From assembly GCA_038124645.1 (NCBI GenBank), contig JAYPCI010000004.1, forward strand, positions 5,489-69,488: a DNA stretch of 64,000 nt, given 5' to 3'. Below, piece after piece: positions 1 through 10,221 of the stretch. A program made the position numbers and the translations under genes. This stretch comes from Pelagibacteraceae bacterium (GTDB taxonomy: Bacteria > Pseudomonadota > Alphaproteobacteria > Pelagibacterales > Pelagibacteraceae). A model generated the notes under the pieces. That model worked only from the letters and a program-made list of their open reading frames with translations. It ran no database searches and was not told where the DNA came from. Within the stretch, counting starts at the first letter, position 1. Each line of letters opens with the position of its first letter.

Positions 1-2590
1 TAAAATATTCTGGTAAATTTATGTCATCTAATAATTTTTTAATTTGAGAATTAGTTTCAATATTTACACTCGCTTCTAAGCTGGAACCAATAATCTTTGC
101 AGACCTTTTTTCTTCAATAGCTAAATTGACTGCCTCTCTGAGTGTTCCAAGTTCAATATATTTATCAATGAGTTTCTGATTTTGCCATGACGAAGGAATT
201 TTTGGTATTTGTGCAAGATGTATACTTGAGCTAGTGCTGCTTACTAATTTATATATTTCCTCAGTTGTAAAAACTAAGACCGGTGCAAACCATTTTAATA
301 AATAATCTAAGATAATATTTAGAACCTGAATACAAGCAATACGATTTTGTGAATTTAGTACATCGCAATACAGGCGGTCTTTTCTTATATCAAAATAAAA
401 AGATGAGAGTTCTTGGGTACAAAAATTAAAAAGATCTTTATAAATTCTGTGGAGGTTGTATTCATTAAAACTCTTTTTAAATTTCTGATCTAATTCATAA
501 ATTTTTGCTAAAATATACTTTTCTAATTCAGGTAATTTTTCAGGGTTTATTTTCTGATAGTCTACTACCTCGTATTTGTCATTTAAATTACCCAACAAAT
601 ATCTAAATGTATTTCTGATTTTACGGTAAGCGTCAGCATTTTGCTCAAGAATTGTTTTGTCAATTCTTAAATCTTCTGAATAGTCGGATGAGAAAACCCA
701 TAAACGAAGAATATCGGCACCAAAATCTTTCAAAATGTCTTCGGGAGAAATTACATTGCCCGCAGATTTTGACATCTTCATACCTTTGCCATCAACAACA
801 AACCCATGAGATAAAATACTATCAAATGGAGCTCTATCTCTTGTTCCGCTAGATTGTAAAAGAGAAGAATGAAACCAACCTCGATGCTGATCGGATCCCT
901 CTAGATACATATCGGCAGGCCATTTAAGATCTTTTCGATTTTCTAAAACAAATGTATGTGTGGAGCCACTATCAAACCACACCTCAACAATATCATTTAA
1001 TTTAGTATAGTCCTCTTCTTTATATTTTGTTCCTAAAAAAGTTTGAGATTTTTCAGTAAACCAAATGTCAGAACCTTTTTTTTCAAATAAATCAGCAATA
1101 TTATTTATAACCTCTTGGTCTCTTAAAGGTTCATTAGTTTTTTTGCTAATAAAAATTGGTAAAGGTACTCCCCATACTCTTTGACGCGAAATACACCAAT
1201 CAGGTCTGCTTTCAATCATCGAAAGCAATCTTTCCTTGCCTTTAGCTGGGTAAAAATTTGTTTCATTAATTGATTTAATTGCTTTTTTTCGTAAACTATT
1301 AGTTTCCATTGAAATAAACCATTGTGGTGTTGCACGATATATTAAAGGTGCTTTTGATCTCCAAGAATGTGGATACGAATGGACCAACTTACTATCAAAT
1401 AATAACTTATTTTCATTCTTCAGATTATCAATGACTATTTGATCTGCTTTAAAGATATGCTGACCTTCAAAATGTGGGACTTTGTCGGTGTATAAACCGG
1501 AAGCATTTACAGTATAATCAGCTTTAATATTGTGTTGTAAGCAAAGTGAAAAGTCATCAGGTCCATGACTAGGTGCACAATGTACTATACCAGTTCCTTG
1601 TTCCAAATTTACAAATTTAGCATTAAACATAGGTACTTTGTAATCGAAACCAAGCTTTTTGAAAGGATGACTACAAATAGTATTTTCAAAATTTTTACCG
1701 CTAAATTCTTTTACAATTTTAAAATTCTTTATTCCTATTTCGTCAGTAACCTTGCTGATTAAATTTTTTGCAATTATAATTTTAGTTTCATTAAAAGATT
1801 GTGTGAATTGCTCAATTTCCAAAAGGACGTAGTCGATATTTGCATTGAAAGCTAATGCTCTATTTGCTGGGATGGTCCAAGGGGTAGTTGTCCAAATAAT
1901 AATAGAAGCATTTTCAATTTCTTTAAAATTGGTTTGCTCAATTTTAAATGCAACATAAATTGTATTAGAAGTATGATCCTGATATTCAACTTCAGCATCA
2001 GCAAGAGCAGTTTTTTCTACAGTTGACCATAAAACAGGTTTAAATCCTTGATAAAGGCCTCCGTTTAATAAAAATTTTCCTAACTCTCTAACAATCTGCG
2101 CTTCTGCTTGGTTAGACATCGTGGTGTAATAATTTTCAAAGTCTCCGGTCACACCTAACCTTTTGAATTCACCTATATGAACATCTATCCATTTTTTTGC
2201 AAACTGTCTGCACTCTTGTCTGAAATCCAGTATAGGAACCTCATCTTTATTTTTCTTATTTTTTTTGTATTGCTCTTCTATTTTCCACTCAATCGGCAAC
2301 CCATGGCAGTCCCATCCTGGTACATATACAGCATCCTTACCTTGCATTTGATGAAATCTAACTATCATATCTTTAAGGATTTTATTTAAGGCAGTTCCCA
2401 TATGAATATGCCCATTAGCATATGGCGGACCATCATGAAGAATAAATTTCTCTTTCTTGTCTGAAGATTTTCTAATTTTAGAAAATATATTTTCTTTCTC
2501 CCAAAGCTTTAAAATTTCTGGCTCTCTTTGAGGCAAGTTTGCTCTCATCGCAAAAGCAGTCTTAGGTAAATTAATGTTATTTTTTGACAT
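1..2590 (-). CDS. ileS: isoleucyl-tRNA synthetase, N-terminal ~860 codons (3' end of gene lies beyond the left window edge)
   Basis: Absent from the ORF track because it is open at the window edge. My minus-strand translation from ATG 2590 reads MSKNNINLPKTAFAMRANLPQREPEILKLW. It contains a class-I HIGH-type motif (HDGPPYANGHIHMGT, ~2400-2440) and KMSKS (~760-775). ribF-ileS synteny; the start overlaps the ribF stop by 14 nt. Confidence 0.9.
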   Translation of the reverse strand, partial: MSKNNINLPKTAFAMRANLPQREPEILKLWEKENIFSKIRKSSDKKEKFILHDGPPYANGHIHMGTALNKILKDMIVRFHQMQGKDAVYVPGWDCHGLPIEWKIEEQYKKNKKNKDEVPILDFRQECRQFAKKWIDVHIGEFKRLGVTGDFENYYTTMSNQAEAQIVRELGKFLLNGGLYQGFKPVLWSTVEKTALADAEVEYQDHTSNTIYVAFKIEQTNFKEIENASIIIWTTTPWTIPANRALAFNANIDYVLLEIEQFTQSFNETKIIIAKNLISKVTDEIGIKNFKIVKEFSGKNFENTICSHPFKKLGFDYKVPMFNAKFVNLEQGTGIVHCAPSHGPDDFSLCLQHNIKADYTVNASGLYTDKVPHFEGQHIFKADQIVIDNLKNENKLLFDSKLVHSYPHSWRSKAPLIYRATPQWFISMETNSLRKKAIKSINETNFYPAKGKERLLSMIESRPDWCISRQRVWGVPLPIFISKKTNEPLRDQEVINNIADLFEKKGSDIWFTEKSQTFLGTKYKEEDYTKLNDIVEVWFDSGSTHTFVLENRKDLKWPADMYLEGSDQHRGWFHSSLLQSSGTRDRAPFDSILSHGFVVDGKGMKMSKSAGNVISPEDILKDFGADILRLWVFSSDYSEDLRIDKTILEQNADAYRKIRNTFRYLLGNLNDKYEVVDYQKINPEKLPELEKYILAKIYELDQKFKKSFNEYNLHRIYKDLFNFCTQELSSFYFDIRKDRLYCDVLNSQNRIACIQVLNIILDYLLKWFAPVLVFTTEEIYKLVSSTSSSIHLAQIPKIPSSWQNQKLIDKYIELGTLREAVNLAIEEKRSAKIIGSSLEASVNIETNSQIKKLLDDINLPEYF

Positions 2591-3494
2591 ATTTTTTAAC
2601 TTTAATAATATCTTTTTTTATCTGATTTTTGAGATGAACTAAACTTTTAAATTTTTTTTCATTTCTAACAAAATAATTAAACTCTACTGTAATTTCTTTA
2701 TTATATAAATTTTGGTTAAAACCAAATAAGTGTGCCTCTAAAAGTATTTTTTTTCCATTAATAGTTGGTCTAACACCAAGATTTGCAATTCCTTTATATT
2801 TTTTTTCTTTAACCAATATATTAACTGAATAAACGCCAAATTTTGGCAAAACATATTCTTTATATGAAATGTTGCATGTTGGAAAACCTATAAGTCTTCC
2901 TTGTTGTTTACCTTTGATTACTTTACCAACTACAGACCATTTTCTGCCCAACATTTTATTAGCTAATTCAATTTTTCCATTATTTATTAATTTTCTGATC
3001 CATGAAGAAGAATATAAATATTTACCTTTTTTTTTGGGAGCGACTACAATTGTTTTATAATTAAAATTTTTCTCATTTTGTTTTAATGTCTTAATGTTAC
3101 CTGTACGATTTTTTCCAAACAAAAAATTTTTGCTTACAATTACATATTTTGCTTTTAATTGTGAAAATATTATTTTTTTAATAAATTGGTGGGCATTTAA
3201 ATTTGAAAATGCTTTATTAAATTTTATTAAAAGTAAATAATTAACTTTATTTTTTTTTAGATAAAAAACTTTTTGTGTATCTGAATTTAATCTAAAAAAA
3301 TCTATCTTTTTAAAAAAGATATAGGGAAGAGGTTTAAAACTTATAATGCCAAAATTTGTTTTATTTCTTTTTGAAATTTTTTTAGCAATTTTAAATAACT
3401 TTTGATGACCTAAATGCACACCATCAAAATTACCAATCGCAACAACCGATCTAAGAAATTTTTTTTTTATATTTTTAGATTGAATGATTTCCAT
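2577..3494 (-). CDS. ribF: bifunctional riboflavin kinase / FAD synthetase
   Basis: 305 aa. N-terminal adenylyltransferase motif (GNFDGVHLGHQKL) and C-terminal riboflavin-kinase region (GRLIGFPTCN...LEAHLF). Conserved position upstream of ileS. Confidence 0.9.
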   Translation of the reverse strand: MEIIQSKNIKKKFLRSVVAIGNFDGVHLGHQKLFKIAKKISKRNKTNFGIISFKPLPYIFFKKIDFFRLNSDTQKVFYLKKNKVNYLLLIKFNKAFSNLNAHQFIKKIIFSQLKAKYVIVSKNFLFGKNRTGNIKTLKQNEKNFNYKTIVVAPKKKGKYLYSSSWIRKLINNGKIELANKMLGRKWSVVGKVIKGKQQGRLIGFPTCNISYKEYVLPKFGVYSVNILVKEKKYKGIANLGVRPTINGKKILLEAHLFGFNQNLYNKEITVEFNYFVRNEKKFKSLVHLKNQIKKDIIKVKKYVKK

Positions 3495-3498
3495 TTAA

Positions 3499-4305
3499 TT
3501 ATTTTAATTCCTCTAAATAATAATCAACGTTAACTTTCAATTTATTTGAAAGATTTTGAATATCATTGCTATTCTTAATATCTGTTTTATGAATACCGTT
3601 AACAATAAATACACTATCGTAGTTCAAATTATTTGCTCCCTTAATGTCAGTATTAAGATTATCTCCAATGACTAAAACTTTCTCCGCTTTATCTTTTACA
3701 CATATCTGGTAAATGCTTTTATAGGGTTTACCAAAATAAGTTACTTTGCCACCAAGTTTTTCAAATTCTTTAGCAACACTTCCAGCACATAATTCTAATA
3801 TGGGACCTCGGTGTACTACTAAATCAGGATTCGTGCATATCATTTCCTTTTTGATTTGATCTTTTAACAAATCTTTATAGTGATTAAGATTATCTGTATG
3901 CTCATCAAACAAACCGGTACATAAAATATATTCGCACTTTTCTAGTTCAGTTTTATTATGCTCAAAATTCTCAAATAAACTAACATCTCTTTTAGCTCCC
4001 AAATGAAAAAATTTTTTATCTTTCATTTGTGTCTGAAGATAGATTAATGAAGCTTCTCCTGAAGTTAAAACATGTTTAACTAAATTTTCAGAAAACCCCA
4101 TATTTAATAAAAATTTTACGACAGGTTTATTAGGTCTAGGAGCATTAGACATAAATACCACTTTTTTGTTCTCTTTAAGAAGTCGAGATGCAAAGTTAAC
4201 TGCTTCGGCATTAGGTTTAATGCCATTATGCATAACCCCCCAAAGATCAATTAAAAAAGTGTTATAATTTTTGTAAATTTCTGATACTGAACTGATTTTT
4301 TTCAA
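3499..4305 (-). CDS. HAD-superfamily hydrolase, subfamily IIA-like (substrate unknown)
   Basis: 268 aa. HAD motifs: I FLIDLWGV, II MSNAPR, III FGKPY, IV GDNLNTDIKGA. Only 4 nt from the ribF start. Confidence 0.75.
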   Translation of the reverse strand: MKKISSVSEIYKNYNTFLIDLWGVMHNGIKPNAEAVNFASRLLKENKKVVFMSNAPRPNKPVVKFLLNMGFSENLVKHVLTSGEASLIYLQTQMKDKKFFHLGAKRDVSLFENFEHNKTELEKCEYILCTGLFDEHTDNLNHYKDLLKDQIKKEMICTNPDLVVHRGPILELCAGSVAKEFEKLGGKVTYFGKPYKSIYQICVKDKAEKVLVIGDNLNTDIKGANNLNYDSVFIVNGIHKTDIKNSNDIQNLSNKLKVNVDYYLEELK

Positions 4306-4391
4306 AATATAGCCTCACAACCCTTATAGAAAAGTTATCAAAATATAGCAATATCAAGCTTTTTGTAACTCTGGTTTACTCTAGATACCCT

Positions 4392-4420
4392 CTTGAAAAA
4401 TACCAAAAAAAACACCATAT
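4392..4420 (+). promoter_or_regulatory. sigma32 (RpoH)-type heat-shock promoter for groES-groEL
   Basis: CTTGAAA (4392-4398), 14-nt spacer, CACCATAT (4413-4420), lying 33 nt upstream of the groES ATG. Close to the E. coli-type consensus CTTGAAA-N13-15-CCCCATNT. Confidence 0.6.
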
Positions 4421-4453
4421 GAGTTCAATAAATAGAAACTAGAGGAGATTTAA

Positions 4454-6423
<1,970 letters not shown>

Positions 6424-6450
6424 TCCCATTCTTTCAAACTTAAGAATTAT

Positions 6451-6483
6451 AAAACCCCAAGTATTTACTTGGGGTTTTTTTTT
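6451..6483. terminator. bidirectional rho-independent terminator between groEL and hisG
   Basis: AAAACCCCAAGTA (6451-6463) pairs with TACTTGGGGTTTT (6466-6478) and is followed by a T-run to 6483. It begins 28 nt after the groEL stop. The hisG stop codon lies in the loop. Confidence 0.7.
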
Positions 6484-7169
6484 ATCTTGTTTAAAAAACT
6501 TTTAATCTTAGTTTTTTTATTTTTATTATTTAAAGAAGTTGATGAAGCTAAAATGCAAGCAGACGAACTTAAAATATTACCATCTTTGAGTATTCTTAAT
6601 TTATTCGCTCTTAAAGTTTTTCCAGAAGAAGTTATATCAGTTATTAACTCAGATTGATTAGTGTAGGGATAGACTTCTGTCGAACCAAGGCTATTAACAA
6701 TTTTATATTTGTACAAACCTTTGGACTCAAAAAATTCATTAGTTAAATTGGGATATTTTGTAGCAACTCTAAGTTTACCGGTGTCTTGTTTATTAAAAGT
6801 AAAACTAATTTCTTCTAAATCTGCCATCGTTTGTACATCAATCCAATCTTTAGGTACTGCAACAACTAGGTCAGCAAATCCAAAGTTAAGTTTTTTAATT
6901 ACTTTAATTTTTTTTTGAATACCTGTTGCAGTTTCTTTTAAAAGATCAAGCCCTGATATACCAATATCTATAGAACCGTCAGCTAATCTTTCAATTATTT
7001 CTCGAGCATGAGAATATATAATTTTAATATTTTTATTGTTTTTTACCTCACTTAAATATTCTCTACCACTATTTCTGATAGCAACATTATTTTTACGCAA
7101 CAAATTAATGCTCTTATCTTTTAATCTACCTTTGCTTGGCAAGCCAACAATTAGATAATCTTTAATCAT
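6465..7169 (-). CDS. hisG: ATP phosphoribosyltransferase, short (HisZ-dependent) form
   Basis: 234 aa. HisG-like (LRVATKYPNLT, GSTEV). 8-nt overlap with hisZ. Confidence 0.88.
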   Translation of the reverse strand: MIKDYLIVGLPSKGRLKDKSINLLRKNNVAIRNSGREYLSEVKNNKNIKIIYSHAREIIERLADGSIDIGISGLDLLKETATGIQKKIKVIKKLNFGFADLVVAVPKDWIDVQTMADLEEISFTFNKQDTGKLRVATKYPNLTNEFFESKGLYKYKIVNSLGSTEVYPYTNQSELITDITSSGKTLRANKLRILKDGNILSSSACILASSTSLNNKNKKTKIKSFLNKIKKNPK

Positions 7170-8190
7170 AGTTCACAGCTCCACCCGTTGCAGTTATTTT
7201 TCTTTTAGAACCAAGTGTTTGAATTAAATTATTATAACGTCCTCCTGATGCGATTGGTTGGGAATTGTTTGCTGAAAAGATTTCAAAAACAAACCCTGAA
7301 TAATATTCAGCACCTCTACCTACTGCCGCAGAGAAAAATATTTTTGAATTTTTAAAATTTTTTTTATTAAAATTAACATTTGTTTTAAACTTAAGTTTAT
7401 ATTTTTTCATAAATTGATTAAGTCTTAAATCAAGCTTGTCTAATGGAGTTTCAATATTCAAAAATTCATTAATAATTCGATAAATCTTTTTTCCATCAAT
7501 TTTAGATCGAGGTTGTTTTATCTTTTTCTCAAACCTGGACGTAATATCTGAAATTTTTCGACCAGCAATTAAACTTTTTTGATTATTTTTCTTCAATTTT
7601 AAAAATATATTTTTATCTGATTTGAATACTAAATTATCAATATCTGAACCTGATTTTAATCTTTTCAATAATTCATTAAAATAACTCTGTCTCCAAAAAT
7701 GACGGATAAATCTTAACTTCCATCTTTTGGGTAAGTTAAGAGAGCCAATAAAATTATTAAATAAACTTATATCGTTTACTTTTATTTTGATATTTTTTTT
7801 CTGATATTTCTTTAAAGTATAATAAATATTATTTAAGACTTCTAAATCAGCTTTGAATGATGGATTGCCAATAACTTCGCAACCGAGCTGATTTCGGACT
7901 AAAGATTTAGAACTAAAGGTTCTTCGATAAGCTTGATCAAAATATACATACTTAAAAACACCTTTTCTTTTGTTTTTCAAATAATCTAAACAGGCTGCAA
8001 TGGTTAGGTCGGGTCGCAAACTAAAAGTTTTGCCATTATCATCATTAAAAGATAACAGTGACTTTTTAAAAATTTCTCCTGATCGCTCAATGATAATCTT
8101 TGATTCAATAATGTTGTCAAACTTAACTTCGTTGAACTTTTTCTTTTTGAAATACTTTAAAAAGTTGTTAGAGAATTTTTTTAATTGCAT
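7162..8190 (-). CDS. hisZ: ATP phosphoribosyltransferase regulatory subunit (HisRS paralogue)
   Basis: 342 aa. HisRS-like catalytic core without an anticodon-binding domain (LRPDLTIAA, GGRYNNLI). Sits between hisS and a short hisG. Confidence 0.8.
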   Translation of the reverse strand: MQLKKFSNNFLKYFKKKKFNEVKFDNIIESKIIIERSGEIFKKSLLSFNDDNGKTFSLRPDLTIAACLDYLKNKRKGVFKYVYFDQAYRRTFSSKSLVRNQLGCEVIGNPSFKADLEVLNNIYYTLKKYQKKNIKIKVNDISLFNNFIGSLNLPKRWKLRFIRHFWRQSYFNELLKRLKSGSDIDNLVFKSDKNIFLKLKKNNQKSLIAGRKISDITSRFEKKIKQPRSKIDGKKIYRIINEFLNIETPLDKLDLRLNQFMKKYKLKFKTNVNFNKKNFKNSKIFFSAAVGRGAEYYSGFVFEIFSANNSQPIASGGRYNNLIQTLGSKRKITATGGAVNYD

Positions 8191-9583
8191 TAACTAAATC
8201 CCCTAATTTCACTTTAATTTGTGCTTCAGACTTTTTCCACTCTTCTCTATCTTTTATAGACTCTGAGTCTAGTTTACCTTGTTTTAAATTTTTTACTGAA
8301 ACTACACCCTCCTTTTCTTCATCATCACCAAAAATTACTATAGCGGGAGCTGACCTTTTGTCTGCATATTTGAATTGTGCTTTTAATCCAGCATCTCCAG
8401 AATAAATCTCAGAGTTAATAGAAGCACTACGGAGTGTATTTAAAATTTCCAAATATTTTGCATATTTAGTTTTATCTAAAACGCAAATAACAACTGGAGC
8501 AGTATTAACAAATGTATTCTTTTTAATTTGTTGAATCGCATAAATCAGACGATCCAAACCTATTGAAATCCCAGTTGCAGGATATTCTGTTCCTTTAAAT
8601 CGAGAAATTAAATTGTCATACCTTCCCCCTCCACCAACTGAACCAAATTCAACGACTTGCCCTTTATTATTTTTTATTTTTTCAGTTAAGACTGCTTCAA
8701 AAATTGGTCCAGTATAATACTCAATCCCTCGTACTAAAGTGGGAGCAAATGAGCAATTTGAATTATTAAGATATGAAAAAATTTCTTTTAGTTCTTCTAT
8801 GCCCTCATTGAAAATTTTATTTTTACTTAACTGTTTTGCTTTATCTAAATCAGAGCCACATTTTAAAAAATTAACAATCATTTCAATTTCTTGATCCTTA
8901 AGATTAGCTCCTTTAGTAAAATCTCCTGAACGATCCTTTCTACCTTTTGATAATAATTGAATAACTCCATCCAAACCTAATCTATCCAGTTTATCTATTG
9001 CTCTTATGGCGGTTATCTTTTTCTTTGCATCACTTAACTTAATTTCTTCAAATAAACCTTGGATCAATTTTCGGTTACTAATATTAATAGTATACTGTGA
9101 TTGACTTAGGCCTATTTTTTTAAATGTGTCATCAAGCAAAACACAAAGTTCAGCATCAGCTAGTCTATTTGCAGATCCAACAATATCGGCATCGATTTGG
9201 TTAAATTCTCTATATCTTCCAGGTCCAGGTTTTTCGTTTCTAAAAACAGTACCAATTTGAAATCGTTTAAAGGGTCTAGGTAAGTTATCAAAATTTTTAG
9301 CTACGTAGCGAGAAAGTGGTGCTGTTAAGTCATAGCGTAAAGAAATCCAATCTTTGCCATCTTTAAAACTAAAAACGCCATTCTCTGGACGATCTTCGTC
9401 TGGCAAAAACTTTCCTAAATTTTCAGTAAACTCGATTGAGGATGTTTCTAATTCCTCAAATCCAAACAAAGAAAAATTCTTCTTAATGTCCTCAATTAAT
9501 TTGTTTTTAATCTGAAGATTGTTTTCCTGCTTGTCTTGAAAACCTAAAGGTAATTCAGGTTTTAATTTCTGTTTTTTTACCAT
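8168..9583 (-). CDS. hisS: histidyl-tRNA synthetase
   Basis: HisRS motifs LRYDLTAPLSRY, RYREFNQIDADIVG and GGGRYDNLISRF. I moved the start to ATG 9583 (MVKKQKLKPELPLGFQD) because the 22 codons upstream in the track ORF are the tRNA-His gene. Confidence 0.92.
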   Translation of the reverse strand: MVKKQKLKPELPLGFQDKQENNLQIKNKLIEDIKKNFSLFGFEELETSSIEFTENLGKFLPDEDRPENGVFSFKDGKDWISLRYDLTAPLSRYVAKNFDNLPRPFKRFQIGTVFRNEKPGPGRYREFNQIDADIVGSANRLADAELCVLLDDTFKKIGLSQSQYTINISNRKLIQGLFEEIKLSDAKKKITAIRAIDKLDRLGLDGVIQLLSKGRKDRSGDFTKGANLKDQEIEMIVNFLKCGSDLDKAKQLSKNKIFNEGIEELKEIFSYLNNSNCSFAPTLVRGIEYYTGPIFEAVLTEKIKNNKGQVVEFGSVGGGGRYDNLISRFKGTEYPATGISIGLDRLIYAIQQIKKNTFVNTAPVVICVLDKTKYAKYLEILNTLRSASINSEIYSGDAGLKAQFKYADKRSAPAIVIFGDDEEKEGVVSVKNLKQGKLDSESIKDREEWKKSEAQIKVKLGDLVNAIKKIL

Positions 9584-9587
9584 TTTT

Positions 9588-9664
9588 TGGTACTCCGGGG
9601 CAGATTCGAACTGCCGACATCTAGTTCCACAAACTAGCGCTCTAACCAACTGAGCTACCGGAGC
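9588..9664 (-). tRNA. tRNA-His (anticodon GTG), CCA encoded, no encoded G-1
   Basis: Minus strand: GCTCCGGTAGCTCAGTTGGTTAGAGCGCTAGTTTGTGGAACTAGATGTCGGCAGTTCGAATCTGCCCCGGAGTACCA. It folds by hand into a full cloverleaf. The acceptor stem has 7 bp including G1-U72, the D stem has 4 bp, the anticodon stem is CTAGT/ACTAG with loop TTGTGGA, and the T stem is GGCAG/CTGCC with loop TTCGAAT. The discriminator is A73. Confidence 0.95.
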
Positions 9665-9903
9665 ATCCTCCTTATTTTTATATTAATTTTTTATAAATTT
9701 AAATTGTTAATGACTATTAGCTAAGCAATAGCCTAGCATGCACATGGTGACTGTGCAGAAAAGTAGAATTATTTCTAAATAACGTTGTCATTATCTGTTA
9801 TTTAGCAAATGTTATAAATTTTTCAAGGGTATTATCGGGACAAATAACAATTAGATAAAATCTAATTTTATACTGTCCCGCTAATTGTGAAAATATCGAT
9901 TGA

Positions 9904-10113
9904 TTATGATGTTTTCTGTAAATTTACTGCTGAAGGACCTTTTGGAGAATCTTCAACATCAAATGTTAACTCATCACCTTCGTTTAGGAACTTTAGACCA
10001 GCTGCTTTTACTGCAGAAGAGTGTACAAACACGTCTTTCTGTTTATCTTCACGTTCAATGAAACCATATCCTTTAGTTCCATTAAACCATTTTACTTTAC
10101 CTTTTAGACTCAT
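9904..10113 (-). CDS. cspA: cold-shock protein (CspA family)
   Basis: 69 aa. [16 protein letters not shown]...DVFVHSSAV carries the RNP1 and RNP2 motifs. Confidence 0.95.
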   Translation of the reverse strand: MSLKGKVKWFNGTKGYGFIEREDKQKDVFVHSSAVKAAGLKFLNEGDELTFDVEDSPKGPSAVNLQKTS

Positions 10114-10221
10114 TTTTATCCTTTATTAACTTTATTAAGAATGACCTCTCATATTAAATTTTAGCCAGATATGTCAAGTGTCTTTTTAGAAAATTAATAT
10201 TAATTACTCTATGTGGTTAAA

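Noticed and set aside
4306-4453. A CIRCE/HrcA operator upstream of groES.
   Set aside because: I looked for TTAGCACTC-N9-GAGTGCTAA or a close variant and found none. Only the sigma32-type promoter is supported.
9584-9649. The ORF-track version of hisS starts at 9649 with MVRALVCGTRCRQFESAPEYQK.
   Set aside because: Those 22 codons are the reverse complement of a perfectly folding tRNA-His gene. The conserved HisRS N-terminus begins at the next Met (9583).
9660-9675. AAGGAGGAT directly 5' of the tRNA-His creates an SD-like element plus ATG (the AT joined to G1 of the tRNA).
   Set aside because: The SD-to-ATG spacing is essentially zero, and the frame hits TAG after three codons (ATG CTC CGG TAG). 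It is not an ORF, and its significance, if any, is unknown.
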